Shown: positions 47,276 through 57,655, counted from the first letter of the stretch. The stretch: DNA of 64,000 bases from Candidatus Multivoradales bacterium (GCA_965248925.1 CBDFLE010000005.1:1920001-1984000), one strand, 5' to 3'. Notes: generated by a model not told the origin, from the letters alone. Made by a program: numbers and translations.

Positions 47276-48030
47276 TGCCTCGCCAATAAAATACCGACCT
47301 GTTTTCTCAACGACTTACAGCCTATAGGCCGGAACGAATACATCTTGCTTGACGGAGCCCGTCAGGGCATGATCGGCCCATGATCCGAGCTTCCTTGGCT
47401 TCCCTCGCTTCCCTATTCCGATCCCGATCTGATCCTCGAGAACGCCGCTCTTCGCCAACAGCTCGCGGTTCTTCAGGGCCAGAAGCCGCGCCGCAGAATG
47501 CCGACGCTCGGTCGACTCTTCTGGGTCGCTCTTCGCCGTTCCTGGCCGAGATGGCGTGATGCTCTGATTCTGGTGAAGCCCGAGACGGTCGTCCGATGGC
47601 ATCGGCTCGGCTTCCGTGCCTACTGGACATGGAAGTCCAAGAAGAGGCGGCCAGGTCGACCGAGGATTGATCCAGAGCTGCGGAAACTCATCCGCCGACT
47701 GGCAGAAGATAATCCGACTTGGGGAGCACCCAGGGTACACGCCGAGCTTCGTCTCCTCGAATTCGATGTCGCTGAACGGACGGTCTTACGATACCTACCG
47801 AAGCCGGCCAACCCCGATGCTGTTGGTCGCTGGATAGTCTTACTACGACAGCACCGCAAAGCGTTGGTCGGAATGGACTTCCTCGTTGTCCACACGCTCA
47901 CTTTCCGGCTACTCCACGTCCTCTTCATCGTCCACCGCGAACGCCGGCGCATCGTCCATTGGGCGGTGACCAGAGCGCCGAATCTGGACTGGATTCGCCA
48001 GCAGCTACGCCAGCTCGTCGTCCTCGAACG
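47276..48030 (+). mobile_element. rve/integrase-core transposase element remnant, copy 1 (its terminal TG lies at 45258-45259, across the intron)
   Basis: ENAALRQQL, VKPETVVRWHRLGFRAYWTWKS, GRP, NPTWGAPRVHAEL, MDFLVV; frameshifted and 3' truncated. Confidence 0.8.
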
Positions 48031-48186
48031 CCCGGCCTCGGCAGGAGTGGCCCGAAACGGTGACCACCAGGTGATGCGATTTGAGGCCAGACTGCGTTCA
48101 CTATGGCAAACAAACTCGTCTCGGCCTCATCCCGCCGGCCAACCGGGCTGGGCGGATAGGGCGCCGGACCATCAGGAGACATTGTC

Positions 48187-50103
48187 ATGAATGGCCGATT
48201 TACCCCTTGGTTCTGGTTACTAGCGATTTCGTTTTGGCTCTTGACCACGGGAGCCAGCCCGCCGTCGGACGACGAAACTGCCGTCGACCCCAAGAGTTTA
48301 CCGAGCTATTTCCCACCGGCAGCGACTGTGACCCTACAGCTTCTCTCCGCCGACGAAAGTGACGCCAGCGGCAACGTTCTGGTGACCGCCACCCTCGATG
48401 AGGCAGGGCTCGCGGCACTCATCTCTGCGACAGGCCAGCAGACCTTTGCGTCGGTGCATATGAATGACAGCTCGACAGTGCTTCGCGACGATGGCACAAA
48501 CCACGACGCCGTGGCTGGGGACGGCCGTTTCTCTTTCGTATCGGACTTCGATCTCGAGACGATTCACCGCCGGGCTGCGATGGAGATGGAAGCTGACGCT
48601 GCCGGCGCGCTGACCGGCGTCCCATCGTTTCGCGGCCGGCAACTCATCGGTGTCGCCGACCGTGCCCCGTTCGACCTAGAGGGCTTTCTCGCCGGTCGCG
48701 CCGTGCCGATCCAACCGTTCATCGCATCGAGGACCTCGCCCAGTGGAACCGATGATGAATTCCGCGAGGTCGCATATTTCGGACTGTTCATCAGCAACAG
48801 CCAAGAGCTGTACAATCCCGGTGCTGGAGGAGGCTTCGACATGGGCCATCTCGCGCTGGCCGACCCGGAACGAACCTGGGATCCGTGCACACAACAAGGC
48901 AGCCCGGACGGCGTTTGGACTTTCAATCACCTGATGACTCAGATGGCCGGCAGCCACGATCCGGCGGAGTTCGTCGAGCAGTGGATGACCCTCTTCACGC
49001 AAGATCAGCAATCCGCCGCCACCAACTGGTTCACCGTGCCTGCGATCGGCCCCAGGGCGGTCGACTTCCTCGACGCATGGCCCACGACCGCAACGGGCGC
49101 GCTGGATCTGGCACGGTCCCCATTTCGTTTGCTCGCCATCGTACCGCGCGTCGACCTGCGCACCGGATCCACGACCTACGGTGGAGAGCTCAACGCGGGC
49201 GAACTGCGCTTCATCTTCGGTGCCGTCGACTATACGATGAGCTGCGCGCCGGTCGATTTCAGCGTAATCTTGGAGTTCGGGGTACCCATAGGGGACTGCG
49301 CTGGCGTTCGCCACTGGGCGAGCCAATGGCTGACCTTGGACGATGTATTTTGGGGCGGAAGCGATGAGGATTACCTTGCGGCACTCGAAGCGCTGACCGT
49401 TCAGGTCACCATTCAGGGCGCGGCGCCGGGGAAGCCGAATGGAAGCGCGCTCAACCAGTTACGTTCCAACGAGATTTTCCTCAACACCGAAGTCTGGCGG
49501 ATCCGCGAGTTCCATCTCGAGCCGTCCGGCTTTCTGGAGCAGGCCACGACCGCCCAGACACCCGACGTCGACTTCAAGGAGAATCGGCCCGATCACTTCG
49601 ACTTTCTGATCCAACTTCCCTGGCTCGACCCGGTTCCCCTGATCCTGGCGCTTCCCGGGCAATCGGGGGAGAGGTTTCTCGGCGCGGAGGCACTGGTTCG
49701 TGTTCCCGAGCACACCGAGGTGGCCTGGGGAAAAGCGGGCAATCTCGACTTTGCGAACGACCCCGCACTGAATGACGAGCGCCATCGCCGCTCGCTCGCG
49801 ACCTGCGACGGCTGCCACGCGGCCGAGATCGAACCAGGGGCAAACCCCGCTCTTGGCATGAACGCCCACATGGTGGACCCCGAGAACGGCCGGGTCTCGC
49901 CGTTCATCGCCGGTGGTGGCGACTTCGAGCCCAGCGTCCCATTCGTCGTCGAGGACGCCGTCGTGCCGGGAACCACCCGGTCTTTCTATGACCTTCTGAG
50001 GCGCTACAACGACCTTCGTATCCTGGCGGAAAGTCTGTGCCCCAACGACCCTCCAATCGCCGTCGACTTGCTGTCGCTCGATCCAGTCAGCCAGGTTCAC
50101 TGA
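48187..50103 (+). CDS. Secreted protein with a choice-of-anchor X-like segment and a single CxxCH
   Basis: Signal peptide; LRDDGTNHDAVAGDGRFS; PFRLLAIVPRVDL, GELRFIFG, NQLRSNE; CDGCH. Confidence 0.65.
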   Translation: MNGRFTPWFWLLAISFWLLTTGASPPSDDETAVDPKSLPSYFPPAATVTLQLLSADESDASGNVLVTATLDEAGLAALISATGQQTFASVHMNDSSTVLRDDGTNHDAVAGDGRFSFVSDFDLETIHRRAAMEMEADAAGALTGVPSFRGRQLIGVADRAPFDLEGFLAGRAVPIQPFIASRTSPSGTDDEFREVAYFGLFISNSQELYNPGAGGGFDMGHLALADPERTWDPCTQQGSPDGVWTFNHLMTQMAGSHDPAEFVEQWMTLFTQDQQSAATNWFTVPAIGPRAVDFLDAWPTTATGALDLARSPFRLLAIVPRVDLRTGSTTYGGELNAGELRFIFGAVDYTMSCAPVDFSVILEFGVPIGDCAGVRHWASQWLTLDDVFWGGSDEDYLAALEALTVQVTIQGAAPGKPNGSALNQLRSNEIFLNTEVWRIREFHLEPSGFLEQATTAQTPDVDFKENRPDHFDFLIQLPWLDPVPLILALPGQSGERFLGAEALVRVPEHTEVAWGKAGNLDFANDPALNDERHRRSLATCDGCHAAEIEPGANPALGMNAHMVDPENGRVSPFIAGGGDFEPSVPFVVEDAVVPGTTRSFYDLLRRYNDLRILAESLCPNDPPIAVDLLSLDPVSQVH

Positions 50104-53100
50104 CCATAGTAGAGGCCTCCCCGTCGGCCTCGAGGAGCGCGCGGCGGTGGGTGACCACCGCCGCGAGGGATTCGGCCACGGTTCCCCTGGTGGCTGGACT
50201 GTCTCCACGGGCATCGAAATAGCGCAGGGCCCGGCGCAGGCCTTCACGATGCTGGATGCTCCACCGACCACGCCCATCGCGGATCACTTCGATGGCTTCG
50301 AGCACCTGAGGCGTACGCTGTGCCCCGCCACCGGCCTCCGCTTTGATCGCCGCCGCGACCAGAAAGACTGCGGCCGTCTGCCAATGATCGCTGGCGCGGA
50401 CCTCGTGGACCGACCGCAGTGCCTGATCTGCCCTCGTATGTGCTGCGCCATGCCGTCCTTGCCGTGCCAACGCTTCGGCCAGCTTGCTCAGCACCCGCGA
50501 ACGGTCGACTTGGTGCCTGCCGGCATCCTCCGGCAGCACAGCGAGCCCGCGGCGGTACCAACTTTCGGCTTCGTCGACGGCGCCGGTCGAGAGCAGCGCG
50601 TCTCCCAGGTCGCAGCTGGCTCGAAGGCGCTGAAGGTCTGAGCCGGTAGCCTCGCGAATCGCCAAGACGCGGCCGAAGAGGATCTCGGCAGCGGTCCCGT
50701 TACCCAGCTCCAACAACGTCTGTCCGAGGGTGGCGATCGTGGAACCGACCCTGGGATGATCCTTGCCGAACCGCGCTTCTAGTAGCTCCAGCGCCTGGGA
50801 CAGCATTCTTATTGCCGAACGGAGCGAGCCTCGATCACGGTACACCAGGCCTCTAGCCTGGAGCGCATAAGCATAGCCCCCATGGCCGCTTCCCGGCAAT
50901 CGGGAGAAAACGGCCTCTGCATCATCGATCAGTCTCAGGGACTGGTCAAATTCTCCGCGCTGCCGCAGCACATGAGAGAGATTCGTTTTCGCGGTCGCCA
51001 CGACCGGGTGGTCCTCTCCGAGGGCCACGCGAACAATTCCCAATGCCTCGCGATAGCTGGCCTCGGCGGCCTCGAGATCGCCCAGAGACCGCAAGGCTCG
51101 GGAACGATTGTTCAGCAGGCTCCCCAAATCGGGATGAGTCGCGGAGAGCCGTCGCCGGAGAATCCGTAACGCCTGGTCATAGGCGTCGACCGCGGCACGG
51201 GCATTGCCTAGCTCGCCCCGCTGATCGCCCAGGACTCCCCAAGCGTTGGCCGCGGCGATCTGGTCGGGGCCGACCTGCTTCTGGGCAATCGCCAGCGCCG
51301 TTTCGGCCATGGCCATCGCTTCTTCATGGCGTCCCTGCAGGCCAACCGCCTGAGCCAAGCTCAGCAGAGAATCACCGACCCTCGGATCGGTCTCGCCGAA
51401 CAGGCGTTGGCGCATCTCGAGAGCTCGATGATGTTCCGCCTCTGCTTCGGCAAAGGCCCCACGGGCCATCGCCACCAGTCCCTGGCGCTCGATGGTGTTG
51501 GCGAGACGCGGATCGTCACGGCCCTGCGACCCTTGTGCCTGTATCGAACGGGCTCGTAGGAGCTGCTCATACGCGGCGTTATAGTCCCCTATCTGAATCA
51601 ACAGCAGTGCCAGGTCAGAGAGGCTCTCGCCAACATCCGGGTGGCTATCACCGAGGCCCTCCGCCCGGGCGGCTACGGCACCTTGGAAATCCCTCTGTGC
51701 CTCGGTGTAGAGTCCAAGACCCTGGTATGTCTTGGCCAGCGTATTGAGGAACCGACCGCGCAGCTCTGGCCGGTCGGCAAAGTCCTCGCGTACCTGATTC
51801 GACTGACGGTCGAGCAAGTCGCGGGCACGAAGGTCCTCGGCGCCTCCTCGGCCAGGATCCGCAATCTCAAACATCCTTTCGAGAAAGACCGCCACCTGTT
51901 CGGACCGGGTACGTTGTTGGCGCGCCTCGTCGCGCTCTATTCCTCGTTGGCGGGCCATGAGAGCCGCTGCAACTGCCAAGGTCACGATCGCGACGGTAGC
52001 CAGGGCCGACACCGAGCTGGCAACCGGGTGGCGGCGGAGCTGTTTGTGAAGTCGATCCGCCAGGCTCGGCGGGCGGGCGGCGAGCGGCTGGCATGCCAAG
52101 AACCGAGCGATGTCCTCGGCCAAAGCTTGCACCGACGGATAGCGGTCCGGAGGCACCTCGCGCGTCGCCTTGCCGACGATGATGTCAAGATCTCCGCGCA
52201 ACCGCCGCGCGTGGGCGCCCGAGACAACACTGCTTGGCGCGGGTGGCCCAACTGTCGGCAAACTTCCGGTGACGAGCGGCGCCCCTCCACGAAAGTCTCG
52301 GGCACGCGCACCGGTCAGCAACTCGAACAGCAACATTCCCAGAGAGAATACGTCCGATGCCGTGGTGATCGACTGGCCACTCAGCTGTTCCGGACTGGCA
52401 TAGCTGCGGGTCATCGGGCGCGCTTGCAGGGTGGTTTCATCGCCGTCTTTCTCGGCGAGCAGCTTGGCGATCCCGAAGTCCAATAGCTTGAGCTCTCCGG
52501 CCTGGGTGACGAGCACATTCGAAGGCTTGAGGTCACGGTGTACGACCAGATGACGATGCGCGTCATGAACCGCGGCGCAAAGCTGCTGAAAGAGCCGCAA
52601 CCGGCCTCTCAGATCTAGTCCCGCAGAATCACAATAGGTGGTCAGAGGCTTTCCTTCGACCAGCTCCATGACCACGTAGGGAACGCCTTCGTCTGTGGTC
52701 CCACCATCAAGTAGCCGCGCGATATGGGGATGTTCGAAGCTGGCGAGAATCCGACGCTCAGTACGAAAGCGGCGCAGTGCCGCCGCCTCCGGCCGACCGC
52801 GCAGCACCTTGATCGCGACTCGCTTTTCGAACGCCTCGTCCGTTCGCTCGCCGCGATACACGCGCCCCATACCACCCTCACCGAGCGTCTCCACTATCCG
52901 GTAGGCACCGAGTTGACGACCCAGCCAGGGATCGGGTTCCGCAGCCGGCTCGGGTGCTGCGGTACGTTCGAGGAAGCTGTCGTCGATCGCCTGGGCGAGA
53001 AGAGACTCCAGCTCGCGCCGCAGGCTTGGATCCTCGACCTTGGCGAGAAACGCACCTCGCGCGGGCTCCGGCAGCACCGTCGCCCGGTCCCACAAGGCCG

Positions 53101-53128
53101 CGAGTCGTTCCCAGCGCTCGGGCGTCAT
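50087..53128 (-). CDS. Membrane Ser/Thr protein kinase with TPR repeats
   Basis: GEGGMGRVY, VAIK, HRDLKPSN, DFG, YASPEQ; TM segment; HP.V...L..LA TPR repeats. Confidence 0.93.
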   Translation of the reverse strand: MTPERWERLAALWDRATVLPEPARGAFLAKVEDPSLRRELESLLAQAIDDSFLERTAAPEPAAEPDPWLGRQLGAYRIVETLGEGGMGRVYRGERTDEAFEKRVAIKVLRGRPEAAALRRFRTERRILASFEHPHIARLLDGGTTDEGVPYVVMELVEGKPLTTYCDSAGLDLRGRLRLFQQLCAAVHDAHRHLVVHRDLKPSNVLVTQAGELKLLDFGIAKLLAEKDGDETTLQARPMTRSYASPEQLSGQSITTASDVFSLGMLLFELLTGARARDFRGGAPLVTGSLPTVGPPAPSSVVSGAHARRLRGDLDIIVGKATREVPPDRYPSVQALAEDIARFLACQPLAARPPSLADRLHKQLRRHPVASSVSALATVAIVTLAVAAALMARQRGIERDEARQQRTRSEQVAVFLERMFEIADPGRGGAEDLRARDLLDRQSNQVREDFADRPELRGRFLNTLAKTYQGLGLYTEAQRDFQGAVAARAEGLGDSHPDVGESLSDLALLLIQIGDYNAAYEQLLRARSIQAQGSQGRDDPRLANTIERQGLVAMARGAFAEAEAEHHRALEMRQRLFGETDPRVGDSLLSLAQAVGLQGRHEEAMAMAETALAIAQKQVGPDQIAAANAWGVLGDQRGELGNARAAVDAYDQALRILRRRLSATHPDLGSLLNNRSRALRSLGDLEAAEASYREALGIVRVALGEDHPVVATAKTNLSHVLRQRGEFDQSLRLIDDAEAVFSRLPGSGHGGYAYALQARGLVYRDRGSLRSAIRMLSQALELLEARFGKDHPRVGSTIATLGQTLLELGNGTAAEILFGRVLAIREATGSDLQRLRASCDLGDALLSTGAVDEAESWYRRGLAVLPEDAGRHQVDRSRVLSKLAEALARQGRHGAAHTRADQALRSVHEVRASDHWQTAAVFLVAAAIKAEAGGGAQRTPQVLEAIEVIRDGRGRWSIQHREGLRRALRYFDARGDSPATRGTVAESLAAVVTHRRALLEADGEASTMVSEPG

Positions 53129-53733
53129 TGGCCGACAGCGCTGTCGGCGCGCGCTATCTCGGTGGTCAGCTCACGCCGCAACCAAGCCCGTGCCATCTGC
53201 CAGCGGCGCGACACCGTGGCCGTGCCGATCCCGAGCAGGTCCGCCACCTCGGGAACGGTCAAACCTCCGAAGTATCGGAGCTCGACGATCCGCGCCGCTT
53301 GCGGATTGTGCCCGGCCAACTTGGTCAAGGCCTCGTCCAAGGCCAGAGAGTCCACCTGCCGACTCGATCCGGCAAGTCGCGAGGCATCGACCTTGACATG
53401 CTCGGCAGCGCCCCCCCGCTTGATCGCTGCACGGTGGCGCTGGCGGTCCACCAACACTTGGCGGACAACCTTGGACGCCAAGCCGAAGAAAGAGAGCCGG
53501 TTGTGCCATTCCAGATGGCCGGCCCGCGCAAGTTTCAAATAGGCTTCATTCACCGCCTCGGTCGGCTCGATGGTCAGGTCCGTACGGGCGAAAAGATGGC
53601 GGCCGGCAATCCGCCGCAAATCGCCGTAGACCCGTCTGAAGAGCGCCTCCCCTGCACCGGTATCGCCACCCTGCCAAGCCTGCAAAAGACCGGTTAGATC
53701 CTCGACTCTGCTCCCGGGGCCGGTAAGTGTCAT
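53125..53733 (-). CDS. ECF-type sigma factor of the kinase-associated type
   Basis: LTGLLQAWQGGD, VNEAYLKL, AIKRGG, ARIVELRYFGGLT..EVA; 4-bp overlap with the kinase gene. Confidence 0.9.
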   Translation of the reverse strand: MTLTGPGSRVEDLTGLLQAWQGGDTGAGEALFRRVYGDLRRIAGRHLFARTDLTIEPTEAVNEAYLKLARAGHLEWHNRLSFFGLASKVVRQVLVDRQRHRAAIKRGGAAEHVKVDASRLAGSSRQVDSLALDEALTKLAGHNPQAARIVELRYFGGLTVPEVADLLGIGTATVSRRWQMARAWLRRELTTEIARADSAVGQ

Positions 53734-53853
53734 GGCTCTGTCCCCCTTCGCCGTTTCCCGTCTTCACTCACGCTTCTGCTCGGTACGTTAGCAGCCACCC
53801 AAAGACCTTGTCCAAAGAGAGACCAGCCACGATTCCGCTGCGTTCGCAACGGG

Positions 53854-54085
53854 TCTCCCTCGCCAATGTTTCGTCCACCTGTGGTTTCAGCGGTTTACAT
53901 CCCATACGCTTCAACGCATACATGTTGTCTGACAGAGCCCGAGGGGGGCATGATCGGGCCATGATCCGCGCTCTTCTAGCCGCCTTCGCTGCTCTACTCC
54001 GCTGCCTAACCGACCTCGCCCTCGAGAACGCGGCGCTTCACCAGCAGTTGGCGATCCTGAGGAGTCAGAGGCCGCGTCAACGGAT
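53854..54085 (+). mobile_element. rve/integrase-core element remnant, copy 2 (left end plus 5' of the transposase)
   Basis: Collinear with 47276-47490, sharing CCTCGCCAAT, GAGCCCG and GGGCATGATCGG.CCATGATCCG; LALENAALHQQL. Confidence 0.75.
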
Positions 54086-54300
54086 TGTGGCGTCCACTGC
54101 CGTCCATTCGTCCGTCTGGATCCCCTCAGACGGCGACGGCGGCGCAAACGGAGAGATCGAAGATGATTTCAGAAGAGAAGAAGCAGGAGATCCTGCGCTA
54201 CCACTTCGTGGAGAAATGGCGGCCGGGCACGATCAGCCGGCAGCTCGGGATTCACTACGAGACGGTGCAGCGAGCCCTGCGGGAGGTCGAGCCCGAGACC
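54086..54300 (+). mobile_element. IS21-like element left-end remnant
   Basis: Begins TGT at 54086; MISEEKKQEILRYHFVEKWRPGTISRQLGIHYETVQRAL from 54163 resembles the IstA N-terminal HTH. Confidence 0.65.
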
Positions 54301-54385
54301 GACGGACACCGGGCATGGGGAGGTCCTTCTGCTACCAGGCATCGGCCTTGCCTACTGTTAGTCGTACTTGCAGCAACCTACAGCT

Positions 54386-54643
54386 ATGCGTCTCTGCATC
54401 ACCAAGACGACGGGGGGTACAACCACCGTCCTGCACATCGACGGCGAACTCCTCGGCGAAGGCGTGCGTGAGCTTGAAAGGGTCGCCCTCGCAGCCCATC
54501 CGCTGCGTCTCGATCTGACGAATCTTCTGCGGGCCGACACCGACGGCCTGGAGGTGCTGCTGCAGCTGGCCGCCGCCGGGGCGGATTTGGTGAGTATTCC
54601 GCCCTATTTCGCTCTATTACTCGAACGTCCATCCGGCAGCTAA
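54386..54643 (+). CDS. STAS-like small protein
   Basis: TVLHIDGELLGEGVRELE...LRLDLTNLLRADTDGLEVL. Confidence 0.6.
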   Translation: MRLCITKTTGGTTTVLHIDGELLGEGVRELERVALAAHPLRLDLTNLLRADTDGLEVLLQLAAAGADLVSIPPYFALLLERPSGS

Positions 54644-54704
54644 TATAGGGCACAGCAGCAGGAATTTCCGAGGAACGCTTTGCGTAGCGCCAGGCAGAAA
54701 CACC

Positions 54705-54740
54705 GGGCAGAAACCTGCCCGCGCGGGCAGGTTTCTGCCC
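54705..54740. repeat. Perfect 36-bp palindrome made of two GGGCA-N6-TGCCC units
   Basis: GGGCAGAAACCTGCCC GCGC GGGCAGGTTTCTGCCC. Confidence 0.85.
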
Positions 54741-54851
54741 ACCAAGCACTCTCGCTTCGCGGCTCCAAACCACCTGCCTCGGCTACCGACCTTCAGAAGA
54801 TCAGGTTGTATCGCCAGAGCGCCACCCGACGCTGCGATAGACTCCCCCGCC

Positions 54852-56747
54852 ATGGCAAGAACCCCCATCTTGACTCTGCTGGCCCTGTCGCTGGTGCTGG
54901 TGCTATCGCCCCTGGCGCTGCAGAAGCCGGGCCTACCGGTGACTCTGAAGGCTGACGAGCCGGCCTATCTGCTGATGGCTCTCAGCTTGGCCCACGACGG
55001 GGATTTGCGCTGTGACACCGGCGATCTGGCACGGCTGTTCGAGGAATATCCCTACCTGCCCGTGGACAACCTGATCTTGGCCAGTCCCGACGGCTGGCAT
55101 ACGGTGTTCTTCGGCAAGCCCTACATCTACTCGCTGCTGGCGGCACCGCTGGCCGGCTGGTTGGGTTCGAACGGCCTGCTGACCTTCAACATGCTGCTCT
55201 TCGTCGCCATGCTGTGGATGGGTTTCGTTTTCTTGCGCGCCACCAACGACGAGGCCACCGCGGCGCTGTTCACGGTCGGCTTCTTCTTGCTCAGTTCCAC
55301 TTTCGCCTACGTTTTCTGGTTGCAGCCTGAGCTGCTCAACATGTGCAGCGTAATGGCCTGCCTGTTCTTCGGCTTGCACCGCTTCAACTACCCGCCGGGC
55401 AACCGCTGGTGGCCACGCCTGGCATCGGTGATTTCGGGCGCGGCGCTGGTGTTCGCGGTCTACAACAAGCCGTTTCTGGCCCTGCTCGGCGTACCGGTGC
55501 TGCTGTCCTACTTGCTGGCGCGGCGCTGGCGCGCCACCGCTGCCTGGCTGAGCGCAGCGCTGGCGGGCATGGCGCTGGTGGCGGCAGTGAGCTGGGCGCT
55601 GACCGGCCAGGTGACGCCGTACCTGGGAGTTGATCGAGCCGGAGTGCCAGTCAAGACTCCCCATGTGATGCCCATTCAGCCAGTGGGACCTGCTCCCGGC
55701 TCTCCAGCGGCCATCCAAGCAGCCGCCGACCGCCACGGTGAGAAGAAAACCCACTCGGCGAGCTGGAATTGGTTGTTCACCAAGCCGGTGACCACCGCCG
55801 GTGAAGTGGTCGACGATCTGCGCTACTTCTTGATCGGTCGCCACTCTGGCATGCTGGCCTACCAACCCTTTGCCTTCCTCTGCCTGGGGCTGTTCGCCTT
55901 CGCTGGCTGGCGGGGCTCGCGGGCTTGGCTGCGGTGGACGATCTTGGCCTCGCTCGGGGTCGTGGCACTGGCCTTTATCCTACAAATTCCCTTCAACTGG
56001 CATGGCGGCGGCGGTTTTGTCGGCAATCGCTATTTCATCAACGCCTATCCGGCCTTTCTCTTTCTGGTGACGGCGATCCGCCCGCGGCTGCTGCTGGTCG
56101 CCGGCTGGGCGGTAGGCGGACTGTTCACCCTGCCCTTCATCACCGCCCCGCTGGGCGCCGTGGTGCCGTCACCGACTTTGCAAGCTCACACCCGCTCAGC
56201 TGCTCACCAGCTGCTGCCTTACGATCTTGTCCTGCGCGAGATTCCGGGCTACCTCGGCTATGTCGAAGACTCGATCTATATTCGCGGCCGCCGCGACCAA
56301 GTGCGGCTGGCGCCGCGGCCAGAAGGGCCGGCCGAGCTGCTGCTGCGCGGCGCCGACCGGGTCGAGTTGATCGTCCAAACCACCGTGCCGCTGCGTCAGC
56401 TGACGGTCGCGATCAGCAGTCCTTCAGCCAACAATCCGGTGACTTTGCGGCTCGGCAAGGATCGCCGCCAGATCATCGCCGGGCCGGACTGGCAGCAGCT
56501 AACCCTGGCCGCCGGCAAACCGCTGCTGATCCGCGACGAGCGCTCGATGGACGACTTCACGCATCCCTATCGGGTTTGGGCCTATCGATTGATGATAGAA
56601 ACCGAGCGTGGCGAGATACCCGCGTGGCACGGTCGCGGCCAGCACCATTTCTACCTCGGCAGCCGGCTGAAGATCTTGGGCCAGGGCCAAGCCGCAACCA
56701 GCCAACCTCCAGCCAACTCCGAGCAAGACCCCGAGAATCCACCGTGA
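54852..56747 (+). CDS. Polytopic membrane protein, probable GT-C fold glycosyltransferase
   Basis: Early ADEPAY acidic motif; many TM helices; GNRYF. Confidence 0.6.
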   Translation: MARTPILTLLALSLVLVLSPLALQKPGLPVTLKADEPAYLLMALSLAHDGDLRCDTGDLARLFEEYPYLPVDNLILASPDGWHTVFFGKPYIYSLLAAPLAGWLGSNGLLTFNMLLFVAMLWMGFVFLRATNDEATAALFTVGFFLLSSTFAYVFWLQPELLNMCSVMACLFFGLHRFNYPPGNRWWPRLASVISGAALVFAVYNKPFLALLGVPVLLSYLLARRWRATAAWLSAALAGMALVAAVSWALTGQVTPYLGVDRAGVPVKTPHVMPIQPVGPAPGSPAAIQAAADRHGEKKTHSASWNWLFTKPVTTAGEVVDDLRYFLIGRHSGMLAYQPFAFLCLGLFAFAGWRGSRAWLRWTILASLGVVALAFILQIPFNWHGGGGFVGNRYFINAYPAFLFLVTAIRPRLLLVAGWAVGGLFTLPFITAPLGAVVPSPTLQAHTRSAAHQLLPYDLVLREIPGYLGYVEDSIYIRGRRDQVRLAPRPEGPAELLLRGADRVELIVQTTVPLRQLTVAISSPSANNPVTLRLGKDRRQIIAGPDWQQLTLAAGKPLLIRDERSMDDFTHPYRVWAYRLMIETERGEIPAWHGRGQHHFYLGSRLKILGQGQAATSQPPANSEQDPENPP

Positions 56748-57655
56748 GCCACCCCCGCGTCGCCTGCCTCGTGCTCAACTACAACGGCCGCGAGATTACC
56801 CTCGAAGCGCTGGCCAGCTTGAGCCGGATGAGCTACCCAGCCTTCGACTTGATCCACATCGACAATGGCTCTTCGGACGGCTCCTTCGTCGCCGTGGCTG
56901 AGGCCTTTCCGGAAGTGCGCCAAGTACGGGTAGAGACCAACCAGGGGCCGACCCACGGCCTCAACCAGGGCCTGCTAGCCGGTCTAGAAGGCGACTATGA
57001 CTACCTGCTATCGCTGAATAACGACATCGAAGTCGACCCGGAGATGGTCACCGAGATGGTGCGTCTGGCGGAGAGCGATCCGCGGATCGCCTGCGTCGGC
57101 CCCAAGGCGTACTACTTCTGGGATCGCGAACGGCTGTGGTCGGCCGGCGGCATCATTCGTTTTAAGCAGTCAGTGACCCGCGAACGCGGTATGGGCGAGA
57201 TCGATCGCGGGCAGTACGACAATGATCAAGAGGTCGGCTACATCAACGGCTGCGCCATCTTGATGCGTCGCTCGGTGGTCGAAGAGATCGGCATTTGGGA
57301 TCCGATTTTCAACCTGGCGGTCGAAGACGCCGACTGGTGCATGCGCAGCAAACGCCGCGGCTACCGCTGCATGTACTGCCATCGCGCCGTGCTGTGGCAT
57401 ATGGTCTCGGCCACCGCCGGCAACTACCAGCCGAGCCGCACCTTCTTCACCGGGCGCGCCAACGCCATCTTCGTGCGCCGCTATGGCGGGCCGCTGGAGT
57501 GGCTGACCTTCGTGCTGTGGAGCGCCCTCGGCCTGCCCTTGGCCTTCCTGCGCGAATTGCCCAAGCGCAATCAGGGCGCCGCCATCGCCAAGCTCAAGGG
57601 CATTTTCACCGGTCTGCGGGTGCCGATGAGCGAGCCCCCCGGCAGCACCGGTTGA
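56744..57655 (+). CDS. Glycosyltransferase family 2
   Basis: VLNYNG, IDNGSSDGS, LNND, EDADWC; GTG start overlaps the upstream TGA. Confidence 0.9.
   Translation: MSHPRVACLVLNYNGREITLEALASLSRMSYPAFDLIHIDNGSSDGSFVAVAEAFPEVRQVRVETNQGPTHGLNQGLLAGLEGDYDYLLSLNNDIEVDPEMVTEMVRLAESDPRIACVGPKAYYFWDRERLWSAGGIIRFKQSVTRERGMGEIDRGQYDNDQEVGYINGCAILMRRSVVEEIGIWDPIFNLAVEDADWCMRSKRRGYRCMYCHRAVLWHMVSATAGNYQPSRTFFTGRANAIFVRRYGGPLEWLTFVLWSALGLPLAFLRELPKRNQGAAIAKLKGIFTGLRVPMSEPPGSTG

Noticed and set aside
55925-56743. Long N-terminal extensions of the GT2 ORF, and likewise of NamZ (from 57295) and the caspase (from 173)
   Set aside because: They overlap upstream genes; better starts lie at 56744, 57667 and 287
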